This document shows positions 26,660-37,496 of a stretch of 55,042 bases of DNA, piece after piece; position 1 is the first letter of the stretch; every line of letters starts with the position of its first letter. Under the pieces are notes generated by a model that ran no database searches, was not told the DNA's origin, and was given only the letters and a program-made list of their open reading frames with translations. Source of the stretch: Sodaliphilus sp. (GTDB taxonomy: Bacteria > Bacteroidota > Bacteroidia > Bacteroidales > Muribaculaceae); the NCBI GenBank assembly GCA_045628365.1, contig JAZQPG010000162.1, positions 1-55,042 of the forward strand, in the 5' to 3' direction. The translations under genes were made by a program, and so were the position numbers.

Positions 26660-29233
26660 TCACTTGCCCAGGATGAGGTTGAGTATCGAGTTGATGTCGC
26701 TCACGTCGACCTGACCGTCACCATTGACATCCATGTTGCCCTGAGCAGGTTTACCCAGTATCTGGTCGATGATAATGTTGGCATCGCTGATGTCGACGGC
26801 TCCGTCACCGTTGACATCGCCGGGAACCGCTTCCTTATAGAGGAAACTGTGCATCACCGAGTAGTCGGTATACTGCACTGTACTGCCCTTAGCCACGGTG
26901 TAGTAGGCATAGCGTGCACGCACATAGTAGGTCTTGCCGTCAACAAGCTTGCCCACACCGTTGATGTCGCCCAGGTTGATGGTGCTGAACACACCGGGAT
27001 CGAGCGTCACCTTGTAACTAGAACGGGCCGGGAACGTGTTGTTGGCCGAGATTTCGACACGCAGGCTCTGGGCGCCCTCCTCAGGCTTGAAACTGATCAC
27101 TGACGAGGGGTAGCGGGTGAGACCGTCGCTGTCCAGGTTGCTGAACACGGGGACAGGGGGAACCTGCTCCACGGTGCGGAACGACGACACGCCACTGGTG
27201 ACGCTATAGCCGCCCATCGAGGCAGTGACGCGCACATAGTAGGTCGAAGCTCCGGCCAGCATATACCGGGGCACGGTGATTGACGATGACTTGCTGTCAA
27301 TGGCCATGTGGATGGTAGCCATCGAGGCGATAGTGGAGATCTCGAAGCGGTAAGATGCATCGCCCTGCACGTCGGAGCAGGTGATGACGGGCGACAGTGG
27401 CACGTCGACCGCACTTGCCGCGGGCGAGATGATGCGCATGGGCTCCACGGTAAACGACTGCACGGGGCTGGAGGCATCGGTCATGTTGAGACCGCGGGCG
27501 ATCACACGCCAGTAGTACTTGCCCGGGGTAATGCCCGAGAGGGCCGTGAGCGGGCACGAGGTGCTGTCGACAGCCACGCTGGCAACAACATTCTTCATGT
27601 CCTGGTCACTGGCAAGCTGCAGGGTGTAAGTGCAGGCAGGTCCCGATGAGGTCCACGACAGGGTGGTGAGTTCGGGCACTGTGGCTCCCTGAGCGGGATA
27701 TTGCTGCACCGGAGCCTGGGCAGGAACCACCTCGGCGCCAGCGACAACGGGGGCATACTCGTTCTCCCAGCGGTCGAGGATAGTCACCGCGTAACGGTGA
27801 TTCTGCTTCTTGGTGGCGGGCACCGCGATGACGTTGCCATAGGCCACGTCGATCATGTACTGAGGCTGGCACTGGAACTGGGTGTCGGCAACGCTGTCGG
27901 GGATGGCATAAGCCACGTAGCGCACGTTGTCAACGGCATCCCAGCGCAACGAGTCGCCGTCAAGGCGCAGGTTGCCCACGGTGCCATACTGCACGGGAGG
28001 CTGCACCCATGTCACAGGCGGACACAGCGAGCGATATTTGTAGACGGTGTTCTTGAGGTGATGGCGCAGGGCGATACCCTTGCCGTCGACCTTGCCGGTC
28101 AGGTTGCGCCATGTCTTATACTGGAAATAAACGGTGCCATATACCCCGTTGGTCATTGATTCGCGAAGGATGAGCACCTGGTTGAGGTACTCGTCCATAC
28201 CCCAACCGTCCTTAACGCCGTCAACGGCATAACTGCTGATGTAGACATGGCGGTTAAATTTCTTTCCTATCTTGCCCCACCATCCGGTCACCTCGTCATA
28301 GTTGCCGGCGGTGTTCCAGTAAACCTGGGGGGCAAGGAAATCAACTGTTCCACGGCTTATCCAAGCCATGGGGTCGCTATAGATCTGGTTATACTGCCAG
28401 TCGCTGCCAGGGCTAGGCTCCACGCCATACTTCTGGGCCACAGCGGGCGACGAACATGCCACACCGGCAGGTCCGATGCCAAACCTCACCCAGGGCTTGG
28501 TCTCCTTCACCATGTTGTTGACGTCGGCAACCATCTGGTTCACGTTCTCGCGGCGCCAGTCGGCCTGTGACATCGTTCCCCCACCCTGCTTGTAGGCATT
28601 GTAGAGATTGGCATCGAGGGTAAGCGGGGCGCCGTCCTGGTTGTAGAAGTAGTCGTCAAAGACAAGTCCGTCAACGTCATACTTGGTAATAATGTCCTTG
28701 CACACGTCCACGATGCGCTGGCGCACCTCGGGCAAGCCGGGGTTGAGGACGGTCTCATAGTCGTCCTGCATGAGCCACTCGGGATGGGTGTGGATATAGT
28801 CGAGCTCGCTTTGTCCCCAAGAACTACCCTTGGGAGCGTAGCGATAGGGGTTAACCCATGCATACACCTCCATGCCGCGCTTGTGGGCCTCGTTGACCAG
28901 CAGCTCAAAGGGGTCGAAGGGAGGCGCAACGCCTCTGGTGCCCGACACGTAGCTGGACCAGGGCTCATAGGCCGAGTTATACATCGCGTCACACATGGCA
29001 CGCACGTGGTAGTAGACAGCGTTCATGTTGTTGGCATGCAGGGTGTCGAGCATGAGCTGACAGGCACGGCGCTGGGTAGCGGCATTGCGCTCGGTAATCG
29101 AGCCTGAGGGCCAGTCACTCACATAGCTTGACATCCACACGGCACGTTGCTCGTGCTTGACGGGAACAATCACCTGTGCAAAGACGGCAAGTGCTATCGC
29201 AATGGCAAATAAAGAGGAGTACAGTCGCTTCAT
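26660..29233 (-). CDS. GHL10 (DUF187/YddW-DigH-like) glycoside hydrolase + FN3/Ig repeats + dockerin-like module
   Basis: EQRAVW...DWP, HVR..CDAMY.S.YEPWS, AWVNPYR, LNPGLPEV, DGLVFDDYFY, WRRENVN, FGIGPAG, DFLAPQVYW; YYWRV; GDVNGDGAVDISD. Confidence 0.88.
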   Translation of the reverse strand: MKRLYSSLFAIAIALAVFAQVIVPVKHEQRAVWMSSYVSDWPSGSITERNAATQRRACQLMLDTLHANNMNAVYYHVRAMCDAMYNSAYEPWSSYVSGTRGVAPPFDPFELLVNEAHKRGMEVYAWVNPYRYAPKGSSWGQSELDYIHTHPEWLMQDDYETVLNPGLPEVRQRIVDVCKDIITKYDVDGLVFDDYFYNQDGAPLTLDANLYNAYKQGGGTMSQADWRRENVNQMVADVNNMVKETKPWVRFGIGPAGVACSSPAVAQKYGVEPSPGSDWQYNQIYSDPMAWISRGTVDFLAPQVYWNTAGNYDEVTGWWGKIGKKFNRHVYISSYAVDGVKDGWGMDEYLNQVLILRESMTNGVYGTVYFQYKTWRNLTGKVDGKGIALRHHLKNTVYKYRSLCPPVTWVQPPVQYGTVGNLRLDGDSLRWDAVDNVRYVAYAIPDSVADTQFQCQPQYMIDVAYGNVIAVPATKKQNHRYAVTILDRWENEYAPVVAGAEVVPAQAPVQQYPAQGATVPELTTLSWTSSGPACTYTLQLASDQDMKNVVASVAVDSTSCPLTALSGITPGKYYWRVIARGLNMTDASSPVQSFTVEPMRIISPAASAVDVPLSPVITCSDVQGDASYRFEISTIASMATIHMAIDSKSSSITVPRYMLAGASTYYVRVTASMGGYSVTSGVSSFRTVEQVPPVPVFSNLDSDGLTRYPSSVISFKPEEGAQSLRVEISANNTFPARSSYKVTLDPGVFSTINLGDINGVGKLVDGKTYYVRARYAYYTVAKGSTVQYTDYSVMHSFLYKEAVPGDVNGDGAVDISDANIIIDQILGKPAQGNMDVNGDGQVDVSDINSILNLILGK

Positions 29234-29281
29234 AGAAATTTAAAATCAAGTACAGAGAGTTGAAAGTTCAGAAAATGGTAT

Positions 29282-29363
29282 AAAACCAAGAATACCTAGA
29301 GAGCCTAGAATACCTAGAGAGCCTAGAATGCCTAGAGAGCCTAGAGAGCCTAGAAAACTTAGA
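29282..29363. repeat. 9-bp CTAG tandem array
   Basis: About 8 units of cctagagag/cctagaata. Confidence 0.85.
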
Positions 29364-29374
29364 GTCTCCCTTGT

Positions 29375-29413
29375 AAAAAACAGGGATGCACGCCCAAGCG
29401 AGCGGCATCCCTG
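29375..29413 (-). terminator. Intrinsic terminator after the susC-susD-lipoprotein block
   Basis: CAGGGATGC...GCATCCCTG with A6. Confidence 0.75.
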
Positions 29414-29430
29414 CATTAAATCATATAAGT

Positions 29431-31164
29431 TTAGAACAAGTTGGTCAGGCGGGGATTGATACAAACACCCAGGATCTTGTCCTTGTTGCCATTGTAGTTA
29501 TAAACCTTCTTAGTTGCGGGGTCGAAGTAAGAAAGACCTGTTGTGTAAGTCTTCTCGCTCGAAGCAGCGCGGAAGCCGAAGTATACAAAACCTGTAGCGG
29601 CATCAACTGCAAACTGAGAAGTGTAAACACCCTCAGCATCGGTTGAGTTGATGGGGTCGGCATCCATTGTGATGTGAGTGAGGAACTTGTCATACTCCAT
29701 ACCCTCGTTGGGACCAGGAATGGGGTACTGGCACAGACCTACGCCAGGAGTGGTGCCCTTACACATCCACACGTACATGAAGCCACGGTCCTCGTCGAGA
29801 GTGAACGCACGAGGCTGTGTGGTCTGGAGCACGATGGGGTGAGGAATGGGAACGCCAGCACCGGTCTTACCGATGTCGCTAGCCTGGAAGCGGTAGATAC
29901 CGTTACCCGAGTAGTTCTTGGGCCACCAGAACATACCGGTCTTGTCAATGTAGAGACCAGTGTGGATAGCACCGTAGGCAATACCCTGTCCGTAGTAAGA
30001 AAGCTGGTTGTTAACCACGAAGTAACCTGCTGTCTTAGAGTAGTTGGTGCTCTCCACTGCACTGCGTGTCGACAGGGGGATCTGGCGGATACCGGTGTTA
30101 CGGTCGGTGTAGTAGAGATACTGGCCGTAAGCAAATCCCTGGAACGGGTCGTTGAACGCCTGCTGGCCAACGTTGGTAATCATGATGTTTACGCTCGAAG
30201 CATCGGCGTTCATCACGGTGATCTTACCGTCACCCAGGGTGCTGTTCTCGTCGTTCACATAGTAGTACTGCTTACCGCAGTCGAGGATATAGACATTGTC
30301 CTGCTCCACGGTTGTGCCCTCGTCGGTAGTGGTCTTCTCCACTGCAAACACGAGGTTGGTGGGCATGTTACCAGAGTTAACACCCATGTCGAAGGGCTTG
30401 TTCTGAGTGCCTGCGGGGAGCTGGCTCATGTCAACGAGCTTGTAAGCCTTGATGTTGCCACCCAGCTCAGCATAGTACAATGTGGGAGCGGGAATGCTTG
30501 AACCTACCTGTACGTTTACATAAGAGTCCTCGAGACGGCGGTTCTCGCCCTTGACGTCAAACCATGTCTGGAGCTCGATCTTCTGCGAACCGATGTTGCT
30601 GAAGGTGAGCGCGCCGGGGTTGTCGATAGAGCCATCGCTGTGAGAGTAGCCCTCGAAGGTGCTTACTACCTCGCCCTTATCGTTCTTAGTTCCCTCGGGG
30701 AACTTCCAAACGTACTTACACTCGAGGTTCTCGGGGTTGGGGAGCTCGATGCCAAGCGAAACGGCCACGTCGTTGATAACAACGGTGGGAGCAGTCTGCT
30801 CGGTAACGCTGAGAACGGGGGTGATATCGTAGATGAGCAGCGGATAAGTGCGTGTTCCGACGCCATCAACGGTAAGTTTCACCTGGTAGAGACCTGCCTT
30901 GGTGAACTTGTGGGTAGGATTAGCGTCCTTAGAGGTAGCACCGTCACCGAAGTCCCAAGTCACCGAACCGGTCTTAGCCGATGTGTTCTTGAACTGGATT
31001 GTAGACACGACATAGAAGTCGAGAGCGTACTCGCTGCCGTCTACATTGTAGGTAAAGTCTACGTCCTTGCCAGGGAAATTGCCATAGGCAGGCTCCTTGT
31101 CAACGCAAGATGCCACAGCAATCATGAGCAAGGCCAAAAGTCCTATATGCTTAAATAATTTCAT
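29431..31164 (-). CDS. PKD-domain outer-membrane lipoprotein (SGBP-like, probable C-terminal beta-propeller)
   Basis: Lipobox AVASC-VDKE; PKD motif QFKNTS..VTWDFGDG..NPTHKFTKAGLYQVKLTV. Confidence 0.8.
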   Translation of the reverse strand: MKLFKHIGLLALLMIAVASCVDKEPAYGNFPGKDVDFTYNVDGSEYALDFYVVSTIQFKNTSAKTGSVTWDFGDGATSKDANPTHKFTKAGLYQVKLTVDGVGTRTYPLLIYDITPVLSVTEQTAPTVVINDVAVSLGIELPNPENLECKYVWKFPEGTKNDKGEVVSTFEGYSHSDGSIDNPGALTFSNIGSQKIELQTWFDVKGENRRLEDSYVNVQVGSSIPAPTLYYAELGGNIKAYKLVDMSQLPAGTQNKPFDMGVNSGNMPTNLVFAVEKTTTDEGTTVEQDNVYILDCGKQYYYVNDENSTLGDGKITVMNADASSVNIMITNVGQQAFNDPFQGFAYGQYLYYTDRNTGIRQIPLSTRSAVESTNYSKTAGYFVVNNQLSYYGQGIAYGAIHTGLYIDKTGMFWWPKNYSGNGIYRFQASDIGKTGAGVPIPHPIVLQTTQPRAFTLDEDRGFMYVWMCKGTTPGVGLCQYPIPGPNEGMEYDKFLTHITMDADPINSTDAEGVYTSQFAVDAATGFVYFGFRAASSEKTYTTGLSYFDPATKKVYNYNGNKDKILGVCINPRLTNLF

Positions 31165-31175
31165 AGTCGCGATGT

Positions 31176-32219
31176 TTAGTTAAGGGTGATTTCTTTGTTG
31201 TCACTTGTGATACCCACCTTGCCGTCAGTGTCATAGACGCGGAAGTCGGGCAACATGTAATAAGTGCGTGAGAAGCTCACTGCATAGTTCTTGTCGGCAG
31301 TGTTGTAGATCCAGCCGGTGAAGGGAATCGAAGAAATGAGATCCTTCCAGTAGGGCATGTACTCGCGGCGCACGTTGGTGATCTTACCACCGGTGTCATC
31401 GCTGTAGCGGCACATGAGCCAGGGAGATGACTTGTAGATTTCAAATACATTGGCACCCTCGGGAGCAAGGTCCTTGGTTGCAATCTCCTTGATGACTGTG
31501 ACGCCGCCCTCTACTACCTCATAGTAGTAGTGGTCGATCTCGTCGGTAGTGAACCACGCGTCGCTCTTGTCGCCGCTCTCGGTCACTGTGGGGAATGACA
31601 CACCGTACTTAGCGTTGAGTTCCTCAAATTTCTCCTTAGAGAAGTCATAGTTGATGTATACATTGCGCAGGTCGTTGTAGTAGGTGCTGTCCTTGGTGAG
31701 CGCAGTGACAAGATAGTCACAGAACTCCTCCTGGAAGCCTGCGGGATAGTAAGCATCAAACTTCTCCTGGTCCCACTCGGTGGGAGAGTTCCAAATCACG
31801 GGAGCCAACGTGCGGCTGGTTGCGAACGAGTCGGTCAGCACGTACTCGTGTCCGTCCCACTCGGCTTTCTGGTGCTCATACTTTGCCATGCACTGTGAGC
31901 TGCGCACGGTGTCGGTCGAAGCGACCGACTTGGTATAAGACAATGAGCTGGTGAGCTTGCTGGTTGCCGAAGCCTCCTGGCTGCGGGTAATCATCGCCCA
32001 CACCTCAGTGTGATCGATCTGCTTGTCGCCGGTAGTGTAATACTTGGCCTTGAAAGTGGCATACGAGCCAGCCTTTACGAGCACCGAGTTCTGCTCCCAG
32101 TCAACGGTGGGAAGCACCTGACCCAGCTCCATCTTGTCGGCAAAGGGATCATGCACGGCACAAGACACTGTGGCTGCTGCAATAAATGCCAAAGCGCCAA
32201 AAACTTTATATAATTTCAT
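31176..32219 (-). CDS. Uncharacterised lipoprotein in SusE position
   Basis: Lipobox ATVSC-AVHD; directly downstream of susD. Confidence 0.75.
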   Translation of the reverse strand: MKLYKVFGALAFIAAATVSCAVHDPFADKMELGQVLPTVDWEQNSVLVKAGSYATFKAKYYTTGDKQIDHTEVWAMITRSQEASATSKLTSSLSYTKSVASTDTVRSSQCMAKYEHQKAEWDGHEYVLTDSFATSRTLAPVIWNSPTEWDQEKFDAYYPAGFQEEFCDYLVTALTKDSTYYNDLRNVYINYDFSKEKFEELNAKYGVSFPTVTESGDKSDAWFTTDEIDHYYYEVVEGGVTVIKEIATKDLAPEGANVFEIYKSSPWLMCRYSDDTGGKITNVRREYMPYWKDLISSIPFTGWIYNTADKNYAVSFSRTYYMLPDFRVYDTDGKVGITSDNKEITLN

Positions 32220-32256
32220 AATGATATTCTTTATTATAAATAATGATTGTCATTGA

Positions 32257-34155
32257 TTACTCGCCGGTGAGTGACTTAACCTCGCCATACTTGTGAGCCC
32301 AGATCATGGGTTCCTGGAGCCACTTGTAGTTCTTGTAAGCACCCAGGCGCTGGAGCTCGGCACGGTTGTACTTCTCCTCGGTCTCGGGGTCGTAGTTGAT
32401 GCGCTGGATCCAGGTGTTCTCCTTCTGTTCCTCGGTCAGGCCGTCAATCCAGTAAGCTGAGTACAGGTTGTAAGGACGACGCAGAGTGGGATAAATGATC
32501 TCGTTAGCATCACCTATACCGTAAGCATTACGCTTGTTGCTGTAGTGGTAGCGGCGCATGTCGGTCCACTGCTCGGGCTGCAGGTACATTGAGATGTACT
32601 TCTGCTGCATGAGGTCGCTCAGAGTGAAGTTAGTGGGATCGAAGAACCAGTGCTCATTACCGCGCTCGGTAACCTTCTTCACCAGGACGCTCTTACCGGT
32701 TGAGTTGAGCAGTTCCTCGTTGTTGAGGAATGCGTTCACGATAGCATCCCAGTACTGTGCACGCAGGTAACCAACGCCAGTAGCGGTTGCTGCGCCGGGA
32801 TACTTGTTGTCGGTGCTCTCGCTGTAGTTGGGGTTGGGATAGTGCTTGATGAAGAAGTCAAGGTGGCGCTGGATGTTGTGCTCGGTAGCTTCCTTAGCCA
32901 GGTTACAAGCGTCCTGCTTCTGGCCCATCCAGTAGAGAGCCTCAGCCTTGATGAAGTAGAGCTCTTCCATTGTGAAGATGGGGTTGTAGCAATCGCTGGC
33001 GCCGGCATAGGCACCCATGTAGAGGTTGGGGTAGTTAACGCCCTTGAACGATGTACCCATACCGATGTTGTTCTCGAGGAAACGCATCTTAACCTGGGTA
33101 GCAGTCACGTTTGACGCTGTCTGTGGACCATTGCGGGCAATCATCAGCAGGGGGATACGGGGGTCGTTGCCATAGCCCTGGCGAGAGTCGTGCAGACCGC
33201 ACTGGATCTCGCTGCCGGGATTGTGAACACCCAGGAGGTCAACCAGGAAGAACTTAGAGGGAATAGCGTCGCCCAGCTTGTTGGCGCGGCTCTCCCAAGA
33301 GTTGATCACGGGCTGAGCGATGCTCCACACTGCGTTCTGCTCGCCAGTACCGCCGGTGTAGTTGTAGCGGGGCTCGTTACCGAACCACTCACCATACAAG
33401 AGGTCACCCTTGTGCCACTGCTTGATAGCAGCGTCGGCAGCTTCAAATATCTTCTGGCAGGTTGCATGGCTCACGTCGATGTTGGGGATGTTGCGCAGCA
33501 ACAGGCGGGCCTTGATAGCATACACGAGGCCTTTCCACTTCTCGAGGTCACCGCCATAGACGCGGTCCTCCTTGAAGGTGAGTTCCTGGTTTGTCTCACA
33601 CTTAGTGATCGCGGGATTCTCATACATCTTGATCAGGTCGTCGGCTTCCTGAAGCATCCACTTGTAGATAGATGCCTGAGTGTCATAGGCGGGAGCGTTC
33701 GACAGGTAGGCCTGGCTCTGAGGCATGTCGCCAAAGGCATCGGTAGTCAACTGGGTTGACATCAGCTTGATGGTGCGGGCAATGAGCTCATAGTTTGGTG
33801 AGTTGATTGCATGCGCGTTATCAATGAGGTTAACGGCGTTCTTACCGATATCATAGAAGTGGCGGCGCCACATCGGGTGACGGTTCATGGTGAGCATCTC
33901 CCACTCGCTCTTGTAAGAATAACCCGAGCTCATGAGCGACTTAGAACCTGTGGTGAACATCTGAGAGAGATATGCATAATACTCAGTGTGGTCATATACT
34001 ACCTGGCTTGAGTAGAACACGAGCACGGGCAGTCCCACCTTAGCGTCGATTGAGTGTGCCTTGTCGGGATTGATATTGTCTCCCAACTTGTCCTCACAGC
34101 TAACCGAGACCAGGCTCACCAGCAATAGAAGTGCTATTAATTTTATCTTATTCAT
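32257..34155 (-). CDS. susD: SusD/RagB family lipoprotein
   Basis: Lipobox SVSC-EDK, NINP; LTTDAFGDMP.SQA..PAYDTQ.SIY; DRVYGGD..KW; ELYFIKAEA; QKYIS...WTDMRR. Confidence 0.9.
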   Translation of the reverse strand: MNKIKLIALLLLVSLVSVSCEDKLGDNINPDKAHSIDAKVGLPVLVFYSSQVVYDHTEYYAYLSQMFTTGSKSLMSSGYSYKSEWEMLTMNRHPMWRRHFYDIGKNAVNLIDNAHAINSPNYELIARTIKLMSTQLTTDAFGDMPQSQAYLSNAPAYDTQASIYKWMLQEADDLIKMYENPAITKCETNQELTFKEDRVYGGDLEKWKGLVYAIKARLLLRNIPNIDVSHATCQKIFEAADAAIKQWHKGDLLYGEWFGNEPRYNYTGGTGEQNAVWSIAQPVINSWESRANKLGDAIPSKFFLVDLLGVHNPGSEIQCGLHDSRQGYGNDPRIPLLMIARNGPQTASNVTATQVKMRFLENNIGMGTSFKGVNYPNLYMGAYAGASDCYNPIFTMEELYFIKAEALYWMGQKQDACNLAKEATEHNIQRHLDFFIKHYPNPNYSESTDNKYPGAATATGVGYLRAQYWDAIVNAFLNNEELLNSTGKSVLVKKVTERGNEHWFFDPTNFTLSDLMQQKYISMYLQPEQWTDMRRYHYSNKRNAYGIGDANEIIYPTLRRPYNLYSAYWIDGLTEEQKENTWIQRINYDPETEEKYNRAELQRLGAYKNYKWLQEPMIWAHKYGEVKSLTGE

Positions 34156-34176
34156 ATTATAATATACTGACTAGGG

Positions 34177-37100
34177 TTAGAATGTTGCTTTGAGTGTCAC
34201 GTTAAAGCTGCGGGTGCTGGGCACGTTGTAGTTGTCGATACCCATGCCACCGGTACCACCGGCTGTTGACGCCAGGATAGCGGGGTCATTACCTGTGTAC
34301 TTGGTGAGCAGGAACAGGTTGCGGCCTGTAACGGTGAGGTTAAGTCCCTTAACGGGCCAAGTCTTCTTGAAGAAGGGAGTGAAGTCATAGTTCAGTGTCA
34401 CGTAGCTCAAACGGATGTAAGAACCATCCTCAATGAAGTTAGAAGACACTGCGTAGAAGTACTTGTTGACAAAGTTGTAGTCAAGAACAACGGGAGTCTG
34501 GTTCTTAACATAGGTTGTGGTGCCGTCGGGGCCAGCAACTGCCTGCACGCCGTTGAAGATGATCTCGCGGTTGCGATACTTATCATAGAGGTGGTTCATA
34601 CCGTTGCCAATGAGGCTGCGGCCTGTAACGTTAACAACGTCACCACCCTTGCGAGAGTCAAACAGGAATGACAGTGTAGCGTTCTTGTAGCGGAAGGTTG
34701 AACCGAGACCCAGCAGGAAGTCGGGCTCGCGGTTACCAATGTAGATACCCTTGGCCGAGTCGATGACGGGATAACCGTTCTCGTCGCAAATCACGTTGCC
34801 CTGGGGATCACGGCTGTAGTCCTTACCCGAAACACCGGTGGTAGAACCATTGAGGCGGGCAACGGGGAAGATATCGCCGTACTGTGTACCCTGGATTTCA
34901 ACGATGTCATCTGGAAGGCTGAGCACCTTACCGCGGTTGAACGAGAAGTTCACGAGGGCGGTCCAGTCAAAGTCGCCGCGCGACATGATGTCCTGGTTAA
35001 GGGTGAGCTCGAGACCACGGTTAGCGATAGAACCCTCGTTGCGGGTCTGGAGAATCATACCCGATGAAGGAGATACGCGCACGGTCACGATCTGGTTGTC
35101 AACAGTTGTTGAGTAGTAAGCGACGTCGAGGCGGGTCTTGCTGTTGAAGAAGCGCAGGTCGGCACCGATTTCCCAAGTTGAAGTCATCTCGGGGTGGAGG
35201 TCATAGGCACGGCCCACGGTGGGGTCAACACCATAACCGCCGTCGGGGAAGGTTACCCACTGCTTGTAGGTGTCTGAGAACAGATAAGCGGGACCATCCT
35301 TACCCACCTTAGCCCAGTTACCGCGGAGCTTACCGTAAGAGAACCAGTTGTTCTGCAGGTGGAAGAGCTCACTGAAGATCACACCGGCGGTGATTGAAGG
35401 ATAGTTGTAAGATGTCTCGGGAGCCTGTTTGAAGCGTGAAGAACCGTCGTGACGGTAAGTAGCAGAGAGCTGTGCCATGCCCTTGTAGTCGAAGCGGAGC
35501 TCACCGAAGTAGCCATACTTGTCATACTTGGTGTGGTACAGTGTGGGGCGGTTGGTCTTCAGGAGGTCACCGTCGTTGAAGTTGGTGTTCATGAAGCTGT
35601 AGAAGTCACCACCCAGCTGGAAGTTCTCACCGTAGATCGATGATGACCAGCTGCTACCTTTCTTATATTCCATACCGAAGAGAACATTGAAAGTGAAGTC
35701 CTCGGCAAATGTTTTCTTATAGGTTGCCAGTGCCTGCATGTTGACCATCTGTGAGTGTGAGGGCTGGAAGCTGTAAGAACCATATACGTCCTGGTTGCTG
35801 CTCAGCGCCTGGACGATGTCCTCAGCCTTGGGGTCACGCAGGTCGCCGTCATAGAAGCGGGGAACTGTGTAAGAGTCATATGAGCTGTAGCTCTTGTCAT
35901 AACCCACGCGGCCTGTGAACACGAGGTCATCGATGGGAGTGTAGCTCAACTGACCGTTAACGATGAAGTGGTTGCTCTTAGTGAGCGACTTGTCGTTGTA
36001 GCGGCCAAAGTAGGGCGAAGAACCGCAGTTGATGCGCTCGATGTCGAGCATGTCGTCCCAGTGGTCGTAGCGGGCACGCCAGTTAACGTGGCCCTCGAGG
36101 GTCTGGTAGTCCTTCATGTTCTTGTTGATACCCCAAGCGTAGATACTCGACATTGAGTTACCGAAACCACGGCTCTCGGTGTCGGTGAAGTTCATCGACA
36201 GCTGGAAGTTAATCTGCTTGCTGGGGTTGAACGAGCTCTTCAGGAAAGCGGTGAACTGCTTCTTGTAGTCCTTGGGAACGATACCCTCGCTGTCCATGTA
36301 AGAAACCGATGCGTATGAGTTGAACTTCTCGGTACCACCTGAGATAGAACCGTCATACTTCTGCTGGATACCTGTTCCGAGGAACTGACCCAGGTTGTCA
36401 TAGACTGTCTCATCAGGAGTGATGTAGGGACCCCAGCCGCCACTGGCCGAGTTCTCCTTGTACATACCCTTGCTACCGGGAGCGAAGAGGCTCTGCAGCT
36501 TGGGAACGCGCATCGCGTTGCTGATCTCAACGCTAGCACTTGCAGTCACGTTGATGGTGCCGTCCTTGCTACCGCTCTTGGTGGTGATCATGATCACACC
36601 GTTGGCAGCCTCCTGACCATAGAGAGCCGATGCCGCAGCACCCTTGAGCACTGACATGTTCTCGATGTCGTTGGGGTTGATGTCGGCAAGTGACGAAGCA
36701 CTGCTGCTCTTCATCGCGATACCGTCGATGATGATGAGGGGCTCGTTGCTCTGCGAGTTGTTGACCGATGAAATCGCACGGATAATCACCTGGGTCGAAG
36801 AGTTGGGCGAGCCACCGCCGGTACCCACCTGGAGACCTGCGACCTTACCCTGCAGCGAGTTAGCGAAGTTTGCGCTACCACCGGCAGTCACCTGGTCGCT
36901 GTTAAGTTGCTGAACTGCGAAGTTGAGTTTCTTTTTCTCCTGGGTCTGTCCCATCGCGGTAACGACCACTTCGCCAAGAACTTGGGAATTCTCCTGCATT
37001 TCAACGTTGATGACGTCTTTTCCGGCAGTCACTTTGATTGAAACAGGGTTCATACCCACATACGAGATATCAAGCACGTCACCGTCTTTGACATCAATCG

Positions 37101-37272
37101 AGTATTTTCCGTCAAAGTCGGTAACTGTACCCTTTGTAGTGCCATGCACCTGAACTGATGCGCCAATGATGACGTCACCATCCGATGCCTGTGTCACAAC
37201 TCCGGTTACAGTGCGGGCAAAGCCCATCACCGCAAAGAGGGAAAATAACAGAAGCATTAACTGTTTTCTCAT
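34177..37272 (-). CDS. susC: SusC/RagA TonB-dependent transporter
   Basis: N-terminal VTGVV..IIGASV..GTVTDFDGKY; plug LQGKVAG, DINPNDIENMSVLKGAAASALYG..AANGVIMITTK; terminal Phe. Confidence 0.95.
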   Translation of the reverse strand: MRKQLMLLLFSLFAVMGFARTVTGVVTQASDGDVIIGASVQVHGTTKGTVTDFDGKYSIDVKDGDVLDISYVGMNPVSIKVTAGKDVINVEMQENSQVLGEVVVTAMGQTQEKKKLNFAVQQLNSDQVTAGGSANFANSLQGKVAGLQVGTGGGSPNSSTQVIIRAISSVNNSQSNEPLIIIDGIAMKSSSASSLADINPNDIENMSVLKGAAASALYGQEAANGVIMITTKSGSKDGTINVTASASVEISNAMRVPKLQSLFAPGSKGMYKENSASGGWGPYITPDETVYDNLGQFLGTGIQQKYDGSISGGTEKFNSYASVSYMDSEGIVPKDYKKQFTAFLKSSFNPSKQINFQLSMNFTDTESRGFGNSMSSIYAWGINKNMKDYQTLEGHVNWRARYDHWDDMLDIERINCGSSPYFGRYNDKSLTKSNHFIVNGQLSYTPIDDLVFTGRVGYDKSYSSYDSYTVPRFYDGDLRDPKAEDIVQALSSNQDVYGSYSFQPSHSQMVNMQALATYKKTFAEDFTFNVLFGMEYKKGSSWSSSIYGENFQLGGDFYSFMNTNFNDGDLLKTNRPTLYHTKYDKYGYFGELRFDYKGMAQLSATYRHDGSSRFKQAPETSYNYPSITAGVIFSELFHLQNNWFSYGKLRGNWAKVGKDGPAYLFSDTYKQWVTFPDGGYGVDPTVGRAYDLHPEMTSTWEIGADLRFFNSKTRLDVAYYSTTVDNQIVTVRVSPSSGMILQTRNEGSIANRGLELTLNQDIMSRGDFDWTALVNFSFNRGKVLSLPDDIVEIQGTQYGDIFPVARLNGSTTGVSGKDYSRDPQGNVICDENGYPVIDSAKGIYIGNREPDFLLGLGSTFRYKNATLSFLFDSRKGGDVVNVTGRSLIGNGMNHLYDKYRNREIIFNGVQAVAGPDGTTTYVKNQTPVVLDYNFVNKYFYAVSSNFIEDGSYIRLSYVTLNYDFTPFFKKTWPVKGLNLTVTGRNLFLLTKYTGNDPAILASTAGGTGGMGIDNYNVPSTRSFNVTLKATF

Positions 37273-37404
37273 AAAAATTTGGTTTTTATTTGTTTATGTT
37301 ATTGTTACCAAACGTTAATAATTATCGATACTATACTTTACCGCATTATCAACCACAAAAATAAGAATTATTATTAATATAATAACAATCGCAAAAGTTA
37401 AAAG

Positions 37405-37426
37405 TGAAAACCATTGCACAAATTTA
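37405..37426 (-). promoter_or_regulatory. susC -7 element (TAAATTTG, 37419-37426) abutting an operator-like TGAAAACCATTGCA (37405-37418)
   Basis: An alternative -7 TATTTTTG lies at 37356-37363. The operator-like site is 12/14 identical to 16166-16179. Confidence 0.45.
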
Positions 37427-37496
37427 AATATTATACATATATTTTCAACTTCCTTAACACACTATCCGCCACCCCAAAACACCCCATACGCCCCTA

